Assembly: GCA_964424505.1 (NCBI GenBank)
Contig: CAYRIQ010000001.1
Span: 1-60,099, forward strand
DNA: 60,099 bases
Source: an uncultured Candidatus Peribacteria bacterium
GTDB lineage: Bacteria > Patescibacteriota > Gracilibacteria > Absconditabacterales > Absconditicoccaceae
Direction of reading: 5' to 3'
Shown: positions 28,393 through 40,602 of the stretch, one piece after another
Layout of the letters: the number at the start of each line of letters is the position of its first letter
Position numbering within the stretch: the first letter of the stretch is position 1
The notes under the pieces: model-generated
Told to the model about the DNA's origin: nothing
The model's input: the letters and a program-made list of their open reading frames with translations, nothing else
The model's database searches: none
Translations under genes and position numbers: made by a program

Positions 28393-28953
28393 ATGAATAT
28401 AAAAGCAAGAATCAATGCGAGAAAAATAGTACTTTCCTATTTATATCAGCATTGTTTTTTTGTTAATTTATTGTTGCAAGATAAAATGATTACCGAATCA
28501 TTGTTTATTGACTATATTTTTAAGACAGATGAAAATATGTATGATGAGGAAAAAGAAAAACTCAAAAAACAAATTGAAACTCATCTTGTTCTGTACACTA
28601 TAGAAGATTTCAAAAATTTTACTGATTGTTTTTTTGATGAACGAGCTGTAGAAGATATTGATTTTGATTACATCTCCAAGGTAGGCGTAAATTTTACTAA
28701 ATATATGGATGATATACAACAACAAGTAAATAGATATGCAAACACTTTTCAATATATCCAAATGGATCCGCTAGACCAAGCAATATTTCTTCTTGGGTAT
28801 ACAGAGTGGAAAGAAATGGAAACACCAAAAGAAGTATTACTCAATGAAATGATAGAACTTGCAAAAAGATACTCCGATGAAGGGGCACCTAAATTGCTCA
28901 ATGGTATCATGCACAAAATAATTGCAGCTGAAAGTCCAACGCTTGAAGCATAA
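28393..28953 (+). CDS. nusB: NusB-family transcription antitermination protein (long variant)
   Basis: ARINARKIVLSYLYQ at the N-terminus. The C-terminal part reads AIFLLGYTEW...ELAKRYSDEGAPKLLNGIMHKI. Confidence 0.65.
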   Translation: MNIKARINARKIVLSYLYQHCFFVNLLLQDKMITESLFIDYIFKTDENMYDEEKEKLKKQIETHLVLYTIEDFKNFTDCFFDERAVEDIDFDYISKVGVNFTKYMDDIQQQVNRYANTFQYIQMDPLDQAIFLLGYTEWKEMETPKEVLLNEMIELAKRYSDEGAPKLLNGIMHKIIAAESPTLEA

Positions 28954-28970
28954 AACAAAATATATATTGT

Positions 28971-29000
28971 AAAAGAATGGTTTCAAACCGTTCTTTTTTA
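28971..29000 (+). terminator. Rho-independent terminator after nusB
   Basis: gaatggtt-tca-aaccgttc stem plus a T-run. Confidence 0.65.
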
Positions 29001-29137
29001 TTTTGAAATTATGTAAAGATTTGAGAGAAATCGATGTGAAAGATTTTATCATTATCAATCAGATGATTGAGTCTATCAGTAAGCAACTAGTCGGTCGAGA
29101 AAAGTCAGTGAAATAATAAAGAAAGATCAGATAATTT

Positions 29138-32100
29138 TTATTTTGAATTGTTTCTACCAATAAAACTTTGAATTTCTGCCAGACTACTAAAATATCTTAC
29201 TTTCAAAAGTTTGTACGACATATATCACCTATCAGTTTTATAGATAATATATTCTTTCCCATTTGGCGCGATATATGATTGTGGCGAAAAATAAGTATCT
29301 ACCTCATGACTTCGAATCGCTTGAGGAATATTTTTACTGTCTATATACGTACGCAGTGTTGCAATACTAGTAAAATATTTAACAGTAGTAAATTCATTGG
29401 ATGTATATCATTGTCAGTTATAATATAGAGAATATACTTTTCCATTAGGCGCAATATGTTTGCTAGGATCTGTATTGGTAAATGACCATGAAGTAGTACT
29501 GTATGTATTTACATTTACATGACAGTCACCAGGATTTTTTGAGTCTATATATCTGATGAGACAATCACGATTTGCAAAATATGTCGCGATAGTAAAGTTT
29601 GGAGATGTGTATGCTAGTTTTAGATTGTCAAAACTAATACTATATTCCTTGCAATTGGGTGCAATATGTGCACTAGTATCGATGCTTCCATTTCATGTAT
29701 CATTACCTATTTCTCCATTAATAAGGTCTTCTAAATATTGAAGATTACAGTCATTGGTAAAATCAATTTCATCTGCCAACATACTTTTCATAGTAGAAAG
29801 GAATTCATCAAATTTATTTTCATCCTCACTATAATTTTCAACCAAACTATCAAAAATTATCTGAATAGATTCTTTGTCAGTATCTGATAAACTACATGCA
29901 TCATCTGTTTCTTGCTTGGTTTGTATACTAAATTCTAATAATCTATTGGCTATACGTAATGTAGAAGAAATAGTTTTGTTATATTTACTACTTGACCTCA
30001 TAGTAATATATATATCATCTCCATTTTGTACAAATGTACCAGTTCATATATCATTACCATTTTTATAAAGTGTTGCATCTCCCTCAAGAGTAGCCCAAAT
30101 ACTCACTCAATTTTTGAGAGTATCAATGGTAATTTCATTGGAATCATAATATGTTCTAAGATTAGCATCTTCTTTAGATACAAAATCTCGATCATCAAAT
30201 GTTCAAATCCTAAAATATCCTGTATTGCTTCGTATAGAGAGATTTCCCTCTTTATCTTTAGCTTGCATTCTCCAGTAATATTTTCAATCAGAAACATCAA
30301 AATCAGTACTTGGTGATCCAAAAGTTCCTGTTGTAGTAACTATAAATCCTGTATGTATAGTATCTACAAATGTATTGTCTGTAGCAATTTCATAAAAATA
30401 TCATCCGATTCATGATCCAGTATCTACACTTGCATTCCATTCAAACCTAGTAAAAAATATTTCTTCTCAACTAAGTGGATAAGTGATCACAGGAGTAGTC
30501 GGTGGTATATTGTCAGATCATTTAGTCGTTATCGTAAATATACCAGTTCCTAGTCAGATAGTCACATATCAAGTAATAGTCTGTAAATATCCTGAGCTAC
30601 TTTGTGTAAGTGTTTTTAGTTGATTGCCATTATATACAAGTAATCATGTTGTTCATGAAGAGGTGCAGACAGAACCAGAATATATTTCCAACCATCCAGA
30701 AGTAGTATTTGGAGTAAAGGTAATAGATGCCAATACTCAAGTCTCTATACCATTAACAGTAATAGTATTGCCAGTCAAAATGCCAAGAGGCACATTAGTA
30801 AGAGCAGCAAATAGTAAAGAACCAGTTGTAGGTGTTTGAGAGTATCATCTTGTTGTTACTATAAAAGGATTTATAAGAGATGATCATATTGATATGTTCC
30901 CAGTTATAGTCTGATTATAGCCTGTTCTAGTAAGTATATATATTTGTAGAGTATCTCAATTATTTACTATTCCTGTAAGTCCTATAGCATGTCAACTAAT
31001 AATAAGATATCCTGATGTAGTGATTGGATCAAAACTTAAGGTCACAGGTACAGGAATATTAAGTACACTAGCAGTGTATATATTTGTAGTATATCAGGTG
31101 TTTAACTGTGTTCATCAGCTTCCCAAAAAAGACACTCATTCAGGTGTACTATCTCGGATAGCAAACACTTCTGCAATATACTTGCTTGCATCATATTGTC
31201 AGGGAATTTGTATAAGAGACCCATCGGTTTCATATGCATAAGGAATTTTTTGTTTGTACATATGCAATCAAAATGCATAATTGACAGAAGTATTTCCAAG
31301 GAGTGATTGGAAAGTAGGCACCATACCTATTGTTGTACAATTACTATTAAGTAGAGTAGTTGTACTACCAGAAAGTGTAGGATTTGTAGCATATAAGCAT
31401 GATATGAGATTGCTTCCCGTAGACAAAATACCTCCATAAGGAAAAATGCCAGCCATACCTACAGATAAATATGTATCATTACCGTTGGTTCAATTAAAAT
31501 GCTCTCAATTGTCAAATAATTGTAACTCTCAATAATATGTATTTCCTATAGAACTATAAAGACTCGCAATACCAACAGTATTATTGTATAGTCTTATGTC
31601 ATTAAATATATTTCCAGAAGAGTTTTTAAGTGAAATACCTGCAGTGCTGTTATTATATAGAGCAACCCTATTAAAAACATTTTCTTGTGTAGTGAGATCT
31701 CAAAATATACCTATAGCATTATTATATCATTGCACATTATTTATAGTGTTTCTTTTTGAACCATTAGCAAACCAGATTCCGTAAGAGCCATTATTGTACG
31801 TTTGTGTATTGTTAATTACATTATAATTAGAAGTATAGTATAGATGAATACCAGCTGTAGAATTATTAAATGTTTGGCTATTTATTATAGTATTGTGATG
31901 TGACCCCAGTCCAAGAAAAATTCCATATCAGAGTGTATTGTATACTTGCACATTATTAATAGTAGAATTATTGTTGGCTCCATCAAAAAAAATTCATTTA
32001 CGTATTGCTGGAGAATATGCTACTGCATGATAATACAATCCATCTATACTAAGTGTATCAAGTATTATATTGCGTTTATTGTAAGCATACAATAAGCTGT

Positions 32101-33745
32101 TCATCCCTCATAATCATGTTTTATCAAATTTTGTATTTGAAGTTCCTATAAGGGCAATACAATTCCCATTAAAAATAAATCCAGTACTCGTGCCAGCTAG
32201 AGCTGATCTATATTCACCATCAGAAAGTATATATAGTGTGTGATCTTCAAATAGATAAGGAGACGTAAAATCTCCAGGAGCTAGTGTTTTTACTTGAAAT
32301 GCAGAAAGTGAACATCAATTGGTTTGCCAATTTTGAGTAAATATCGAGCCAGATCCAAAATAATGATTAACAAGTAATTGTTGTTCAGAGGATAAACTAG
32401 ATTCTGGTTCAGTAATATATTTTGTGGTAGTATAATCAGCTACATCTGTGCCATATGTTTCGAGAACATCGTCATTATACCAAACAGGAGCTACTTGTTT
32501 GCTAATATTCCCTCAAAAAATATATCTGATCGGGATTTGCGTATAATCAAATGATGATTGTATTCCTCTCAATATGCTTAGATTGACTCCACTCAATAAC
32601 CACTGTCCATTTCCATTTTGTGGATTAGTCACCCAGTCATAAGAAAATCATGTATATATTTCATTTAAAACTCCAGCTTCTCGATCAAGCAAAGACAAAG
32701 ATCAGGGAATAGCGCTCTGTGTTCATCAGGTAGCTATAGTATTGGCAAATAGTTGAAAATATCCATAAGATGAAACTCATCCACTATAGATAACAATTCA
32801 CTGATTATTATTGTAAATTTTTACATCATGAAAGTATCAAGATATTCATTCCGCGACAATTCATGCACTATTATTGTATGAAAGTGAGTTATGTATTGCT
32901 ATTTTTCATGATGGTAAACCTTCTGTTTTTAGATGCAATCATGTGGTATTATTAAATGTTTGTGTGTTATTTATTGTTATGTAGTTTGCATTATATGCAT
33001 CTATTCCGATAGCATTATTAAATGCTAAGGAATTATTAATATTGATATGTGAAGATTGGTCGCTGATGTTGATTCAGATATTATTTTTAAAAAAATATGA
33101 ATTATTTATAGCTAGACCTGTTGTATTTGATATATACATTCAATTATTCATATTGTTGTAACTTTTAATATTATTTAAGGAAATATTTTGTGCGTCTTGT
33201 AAAAATATACCACCAGGAATATTGTTTTTCCCATTAATAAGGATATTATCTAAGATAATATTGTTTTTGGATGTTACAATAATGTTTGATCATAAAACAT
33301 TAGTTTTTATGACAACATTGCCTTTTCCAAGAAGTGCTGAACAACTGTCCATACTGATAGGTGTAGTAAGTGTATAAGTTCAAGCATTGAGTATATATAT
33401 AGTATGTTCTGATAAAGATCATCAAGTATATCAAGAAGGAAGTGTGCGTATAGTGGTTGCTACACAACTTGTATCCCACAATCTTGTGTATGCAGTAGCT
33501 CACGGGGTTCCATCGCCAAATAAGGTATACATAATATTTTCATTAGTAGGATTTTGTTCCCAAAAATCATACGTAATAAATCCTCACCATTGCCAGTTTG
33601 CAGAAGTAATTGTCAAAATATTAGAAGCACCCCAAAGCATTCACAAAATCGATAATCCAAAAATACCAAACGCATGATGTATTTTTTTGTGAAAATAATC
33701 GAAAAGTCATTCTGGATGTTTAAGATGATGGAGTGGTGACTTCAT
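29138..33745 (-). CDS. Giant secreted/surface protein (about 1535 aa): N-terminal TM anchor, two parallel beta-helix (PbH1/NosD-like) blocks, Ig/FN3-like domains, C-terminal triple-repeat module
   Basis: I scanned every codon of this frame from 33745 to 29138 and found no TAA/TAG. Dozens of TGA codons are read as Gly. It contains N-N-x-x-G-I-type 22-aa repeats (NNIKSYNNMNNGMYISNTTGLAINNS...). Track ORFs 29693-30001 and 31268-31456 are in this frame. Confidence 0.8.
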
Positions 33746-33797
33746 AACTAAATGTTAAGTGTTAAATACTAAGGTAGCTATAGGACATCGATAGGGT

Positions 33798-36467
33798 TTA
33801 TCGTTTGCTTGGATTGTTCTTGTTTATATGGGTCTTAAGTTCTGAAAGTGTAATATAGTAGCGTACTTTCAAAAGTTTATACGACATATATCATCTATCT
33901 GTTTTATATATTTTGTATTCTTTCCCATTTGGTGCAGCATAAACAATAGGAGTAAAACTATCATCAATACTATGTTTCCATATTTCTTTCGATGGATTTC
34001 TAAGGTCTATAAACCTTTTTATATTTGCTAGAGAATCAAAATATTTTGGACTAGTAAATTCTGTAGCAGAAAACCCACCATACTGCCCGATAAGATGATA
34101 TATTTTCCCATTTGGTGCAATATGTTTCATAGAATCTAATAGATCAGAAGTTCGGAAATTATTACTATACGTATTGATATGACAATCTCCTGGATTATAA
34201 TAATCAATATGCCTAATAAGTGATTCGCGATTTATAAAGTAATATCTATTACTCATTTCAGGAGCATAATATGCTTGTTGAGTAGTGTCATATCATATAC
34301 TGTATTCTTTACAACTTGGAGCAATATGATTGCTGGTATCAACGCCTTCATTATCAAAATCATCTGCTATAAGATCGAGTAGATAATTTAGAGTACAACT
34401 ATTATTAAGTTCTGTTTCATCTTCTACCATATTCTGAAATGTAGTAAGAAAATCAGCATATTTTGAGATATCATTGTTGTATTCATCTTTAAGCTCTTGA
34501 TAAATATCATCAATAATACTTTTTTCTGATGTACTGAGTGTACATGAACTTTTTTTTGTACTTACAGAAAATGTGCCTGTATGTCCAAGTATGCGAATTT
34601 CAGAAGTTACCGTAGTATCATAAGTATTACTTGAAATAAGTTCTATATATACAGTATCTGAGGGAGAAACTAAACCTGTTGTCCCATTGCCTCAAGAGTT
34701 ATTGTTGATGAAAAGCATTCATTTTGAAATAGAAATCAACGTAGGTCAAGTAAGTCCAAATATAATAATAGGATCAGATTTATATATTTTATTGAGGTCT
34801 ACATTTCTCAACCAAAGTGTAGGTGTAGCAAAGAGTATACCAGTCCCACCACTACAATATTGTGAAGAAGTAGTAAAACTAACCATGGTTCACGAAGAAG
34901 TATTTCATAGATAATCTATAGCTGATATCCTCATATAATGAGTTCATAACGGAAGTAGAGAAGTACTTAGTTGAATAGCTGTTGTTGTATTTGGTAAAGT
35001 TCCACTTAAAAGATTTCCCGTTACCATACCCGTATTATTATATATGTCATATCTATAATGGCTAAGTCAAGCACCACTATCACTAGCACCACTTCGAGTA
35101 ACAGTAAGAGGTAATGATGGACAAGTGAATATATTGTTAACTGGAGTTATAATGGATGGTAAAGTCGGTGGAGTAGTATCTACATATACTCTTTTGGTGG
35201 TTCAAGTATAGGTACAAGTCCCTGTTGTATAACGGTGAGAAAAATAATTCCATCCATTTGTAGTAAGCAAGGTAACAGGAGTAATTATTCATGTCGTTAT
35301 ATAATTGCCCGATAGTGGCTGTTGGATGAAATCACCAGAAATATAAAAATGTGTAGGGTTACTAGCCAATAATTGTAACATAGTTCCTGTTGTATTGGTA
35401 TAATAACCAAAAGAATTTGATATGACAGTATTGCCTGGTGATGAAGTAAACGTAATGTCTCCTTGAAAATTTGGGACACATCATGTCGATTGAGGAATGG
35501 TTCCTGTTTGTACAGTGCCAGTCGATCATACATGAAAAGGTATTTGTGAACCACATTGAGGACCTCTACCATCAGATCACAATACCGTACATGTTGCAAA
35601 ATAATCTCATGAAATTAAGGAATTACCTGTAGCTCGTAGTCCTCATACTGTTTGTTGAGATAGTAAAGGTGAAGTATCTCCGGAACGAATAATAGTAAGC
35701 AAATAGTTACTTGCATTTAGTCATTGACACAAAAATGTAATATTTTGTCATTGATCGATACGTAATGGAGATATTTCAAAATTTTGACACCAAGGAATAT
35801 TTACACTGAATTCAGCGATACCACCATTAGTATCAAATATAAATCATGAATGGACTTGTCAGGTAACGATTTGTAATGTATGTCCAAAACTAGCTCCACT
35901 GATAGTGTTTGTAGTAAAATTATATTGTACTCCAGCAATCATACGAAATGATTGATCTCATGAAATACTATGATCTATTTGACCATAAATATCATTAGTA
36001 TTTGGAGTATATCAGCTGACCCCTGTACAGTTTGTATAAAAACCTCACGTCATAGTTATATCAGTATATCCTCATCCATTGCCACGGAGTAAAGCAAGAT
36101 TCCCTGAATCCAAAGGCCAAATTCTTCGACCTCTTTGGTTATTGTAATAAATTCATTTCAAATGAGTGGAACAGCTTATAGCTTGTCCATTTATACTGAT
36201 AGGTTGAGACGGAGAAATTTGTTCTCATCCTTGCCAAAACAAAATTCCGACAAAATCATTTCCTCAAAATTTAAAATGTGCATTGGAATAATATCATGTG
36301 GTATTCAACCAAGGAAAGATTGTAGAAAGATCATTTTGAAAAGGAATAACCTCAGCATAAATAGATTTAAAAGTTGCGAAAAATACGACAAGAAATAAGA
36401 TCATTCACAAAAAAAGTTTAGCTAAGCGAGATATCTTGCGATTGCAAAGAAGAGATGTTTTGATCAT
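33798..36467 (-). CDS. Large secreted protein (about 889 aa) paralogous at its C-terminus to the downstream giant gene
   Basis: The frame was scanned codon by codon from 36467 to 33798 and contains no TAA/TAG. Signal-peptide-like LFLGMILFLVVFFATFKSIYA. Ig-like PPTLP...DSGAGLSHYRYDI. The C-terminus matches the 29138-29700 product. Alternative ATG at 36491. Confidence 0.8.
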
Positions 36468-36591
36468 AATATTGCGACAAGGAATAAACATAGTTCTCTA
36501 AGTATACTCTCAGCATATAAATAATCAAAAAAACACCATCTTGATAGCACAATCAGATTGACAGACCAAAAAATGTATGTATAGTAAACAA

Positions 36592-37965
36592 TTAAAGAGG
36601 GAAAATGGTATTGAAAAATTTAGGAATATGGGTCTCTTGTGTATAAAGAGTAAAAAGTTTATTTTCTAATATAAGAATTGTTTCTGGGGAAATAGTAGGC
36701 AATATCTCCTGTTTGAAAAAATCAATAATTGGTGGCAATGGAGAGCTGTTTTTTATTTTTTGATAATAAAGGTACATGGCATAAGTAACTTCTTCATTGG
36801 TTCCTACACATTCAAAGGGTTTTATCCCAGAAACACCCAATAATTCTTTATAGAGCGGGAGTAAGGTATTATTTTCATATAATTCGTGATCAAAGATAGT
36901 TTTTGTCATATCATCACTGAGAAATGGTCTGAGTATAGTATAAACAAAAGCACATTTTGGACAAATACCACACCAGCGATTATGAGTGGTTTTGTTGTGT
37001 TCTATGACTTTAAAATTGTTGTTGCAACTGCTAAAAACACTAAAATATTGTGGATATTGAGCAAAAAGTTTGGCTATATAAATCTCATACATACCTCTTA
37101 ATAAACTAAAATATTTAATATCAGGGGAAATATATTTTTTGATATAATCAGAAAAATCTGACTCAAATTCAGCACTTTTGCTTCGTTGATGGTTGATGTC
37201 ATATTGTTTTCCTGTTTTTTCATCTGATAAGAGTATATTGCCTTCATTTGCACTTTTTTCATTGGACATAATGATATACGTATAATCATAGAGGTAGGCA
37301 GCAGTAGTAAGTACAAATGCAATAATTCAACTGATAGGTACATGTCCATTATAATATCATTGTTGATTCATAACGAAAAGTTGCGGATCAAAGGTTCTTT
37401 GTATTACTAGTCTTGGTGCTCATATACTATCACCAACCACACTATGAAGATAATAATCTTTGCCAAAGGTAGAAGTAAAAAAAGGTATTCCCATTTTTTT
37501 GATAAGTTCTACGCTTACTAAGCTATCTTTACCTCATCAGAGAGCAATCATAGGAACATTTCCTGATGATAAAAATATTTTTTGATGCTTTTTTTTAGCT
37601 CCATTTACAAAATGTAAGAGTCCATAAGGAGAAATACCATTTTTATAAAAAAACTCTCCAAGTCCCTGCATATAAAATTTTGTCCGAAATCTTTGCTGGT
37701 CTACGTCAAGTGACCCAGTTTCTACCACGAGATTTGTAGTAGGGTATACTTTATAATAGCTGATTCCAACTGCTAAAGAAAGATGAAAGAGGAGGGTATC
37801 CATTATTTCATCATCAATATTTGCTGTTTGGATAAACCCATGACAAGAAAAATCAATAATTTCTGTAAAATACGTTTCATGATCAAATGAATAAGAAAAA
37901 GTAGCTTGTAAAGTATTTTTATCAAAAGTATATCAGACAAAATAGAAAGTATCAAAAGATTTCAT
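36592..37965 (-). CDS. murL: PP-loop (adenine nucleotide alpha-hydrolase-like) protein, candidate MurL-type UDP-MurNAc-L-Ala-L-Glu epimerase
   Basis: The frame has no TAA/TAG over 458 codons. PP-loop-like IALGGGKDS (two Gly are TGA). Cys cluster RWCGICPKCAFVY. Divergently adjacent to murD. The MurL assignment is an inference. Confidence 0.55.
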
Positions 37966-38098
37966 AGCATAAAAAAGGCAAATAAACTATCAAGTACCAT
38001 AGTCATTATTTGCAAAAAATCAAGTAATGCTGTTCTTTTCTTGCAATCTTTTAGCAAAAATATACACGTAAATGTATTCTATTTTATTTTTTCTATCT

Positions 38099-39445
38099 AT
38101 GAAAAACTTTGATCGATTTCACAACAAAAAAATAGCTATATTAGGCTATGGAAGAGAAGGAAAATCTACCTTACAGTTTCTTTTACATATTGGAGTTTTG
38201 CCTATCAATATAACAATTTTAGATTGAGCAAGCAATGCAGGGGATCTACAGGATTTTGGTGGTAAAAGTATATTTGGATCTACCTATCTCGATGATTTAT
38301 CCAAATTTGATAGTATTATAAAAACGCCAGGCATCTCACTATATCATCCCAAAATACTACCATATAAAGACAAAATAATGACACAAGCACAGATTTTTTT
38401 TGATTATTATCCATGAAAAATTATCGCTATTTCAGGTACTAAATGAAAATCTACTACATCGACTTTGACCTATGAGACACTCAAAAATGCTGGCAAAAAA
38501 GTAGAATTAATTGGAAATATAGGAAAACCTATGCTAGATTACCTTAATAGTAAGAATCTATCATCACAGGCAAGTGAATATGTAGTAGCTGAAATATCAA
38601 GTTATATGCTAGAAGATCTCCACAAAACCAATTATTTAAGTGTGTTGCTAAATATTTATGCAGATCATGGTGATTGGCATCAATGATTTGAAAATTATAA
38701 AGCTGCTAAGTTAAATATTTTACAAGGAAGCAAATATATGCTTCTCAGAGATGAAATATCACAACACTACAATATAGACGAAAAAAAAAATCCTGATCAA
38801 ATGCTTCATGTATTTTGATATCAATGAAAATATACCTATGCTCATGGAGATTTCTTCATCGATGGAAAAAAAATATTTGACGATCAAGGTATTCTTCTCA
38901 AATGAGAACACAATAGAATAAATATTTGTGCGGTACTTGGTATTTGTGATATAATGGGTATTGCACCTACGATACTCAAAAAAACATTAATAACTTTCAA
39001 ATGACTTCCCCATAGAATGGAATATCTATGAATATTTTGAAATATTCAATGGATAGACGATGCAATTTCTACAACTCCAGAAAGCACTATACAAGCTATC
39101 AAAACTTTTGGAAATGATATAGACACCATATTTTTAGGAGGAACCGATAGGGGATATGTGTTTGATACATTGATAGCAATTATCCGTAAATATAAGATCA
39201 GAAATATAGTACTTTTCCCAGATTCTGGTTCAAAAATTTTAGCTACATTACACCCATGAGCAACATCTAATATACGTATTTTTCAAACTTCTTCAATGAA
39301 AGAGGCCGTTACATTTGCTTATACATATACAAGGAGAGGAAAAATTTGTTTGCTTTCTACCGCATCTCCCAGTTATAGTATATGGAAAAACTTTGAGGAA
39401 AAAGGCAATTTTTTTAAACAATATATAGAGGAAATATCGAAGTAA
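38099..39445 (+). CDS. murD: UDP-N-acetylmuramoyl-L-alanine--glutamate ligase (MurD family)
   Basis: KKIAILGYGREGKS, IIAISGTKGKSTT (Gly=TGA), GNIGKP, NIYADHGDWH, GLPHRME, DDAISTTPES. One frame through many TGA codons. Confidence 0.9.
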
Positions 39446-39490
39446 ATCACAGTAGAGTTTCCAATATTTTATGTATTAATTGTTTTTCGT

Positions 39491-40138
39491 ATGAAATATA
39501 TAATGGGCATATTTATGGTATCTATAGTAATGATAAATGTGAGTTTTGCTCATCAGCCAAGACTAGTTTTTCAAGCCCCTACAGGAGAGATTATTCACAT
39601 AGAAAATCCAGAAATATCACAAGCATTTTACGGGATATTGTCAGGACAGGAAGATAACTACCAAATAGTATCTGATACGGGATTTTTATTGTATGTTAGT
39701 CTTGTTGTGCCTGATATTTCATGAAGTATGACAGATTTTACGATAGATATCAATCAAGGTGATAGTCCATTAATCCCAAGGCTTGATGGAAAGTATTTTT
39801 CACGATCATGATTTTTTGAAAAATTTGCTTGAGATACATATCTTCAGTGACCAACACGAGAAAAACTTGTAGCTCCTGGTATATATACCATTAAAATTTC
39901 CAATCCCGAAAAAAAAGGGAAATATTCACTCGCTATAGGCAAAAAAGAAAGCTTTCCTTTCAATGAAATTATTCATACATACAAAGTTTTACCAGAACTC
40001 AAAATAGTGTTTTTTGAAAAACCATGGTACACAATTTTTCTAAATTATGTATGATGATTTTTTATAGCTATATTGCTTGTCATTGTAGTAATAATCTGGT
40101 GAATTATACACCGAATACAGCATAAAAAACAGAGATAA
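39491..40138 (+). CDS. Hypothetical secreted protein with a C-terminal TM anchor
   Basis: Signal peptide MGIFMVSIVMINVSFA, C-terminal FFIAILLVIVVIIWGII, joined through TGA codons. Confidence 0.6.
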
Positions 40139-40204
40139 AAGGAAGATTTCTATTGATTTTTATGAAGAAAAATATATAAACAAAAAAACAAAAACAAACT
40201 ACAT

Positions 40205-40498
40205 ATGAGCGAAATTACCAACCACCAAAAAAATCCAAAACTCATAGAAATTCTTGATCATGAGTTGCTACAGAAACTATTATCTGCAATAGATAATGAT
40301 ACAAAAGTAACATTATCTGTTGTTCCAAAGGTGAGATACACAATATCTCACAATGAAAAAGACATATTTATGTTTGAAGTTTCCAAATGTGGAAATCAAA
40401 AACATAATGCAATCTCTGTGATTAGAGATTTGCTCAATGAAGGTACAACCAAAACTTGGACTAGAAAGGTGGTTGAACAAAAAATTATCTTTGAATAA
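40205..40498 (+). CDS. Hypothetical protein (97 aa)
   Basis: Intact ORF with no recognisable motif. Confidence 0.45.
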   Translation: MSEITNHQKNPKLIEILDHELLQKLLSAIDNDTKVTLSVVPKVRYTISHNEKDIFMFEVSKCGNQKHNAISVIRDLLNEGTTKTWTRKVVEQKIIFE

Positions 40499-40602
40499 AT
40501 AGTATGTAAAAAAGAGTTATAGATTTCTATGGCTCTTTTCATTTTGATTTAAAAAACAAAATTATTATACTTTCCATCGTGGTTTTATTTTTATCTTTAG
40601 CT

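Noticed and set aside
30026-31784. Plus-strand ORFs 30026-30316, 30624-30839, 31020-31241 and 31584-31784.
   Set aside because: They are antisense to the 4.6-kb minus-strand ORF, which I verified codon by codon. They have no motifs.
35297-35599. Two ORFs of 60 aa or more (35297-35599 and 35362-35556) on the minus strand.
   Set aside because: Both are in the two alternative frames of the 889-aa gene. The real frame is the one with frequent TGA codons and no TAA/TAG over 2.67 kb.
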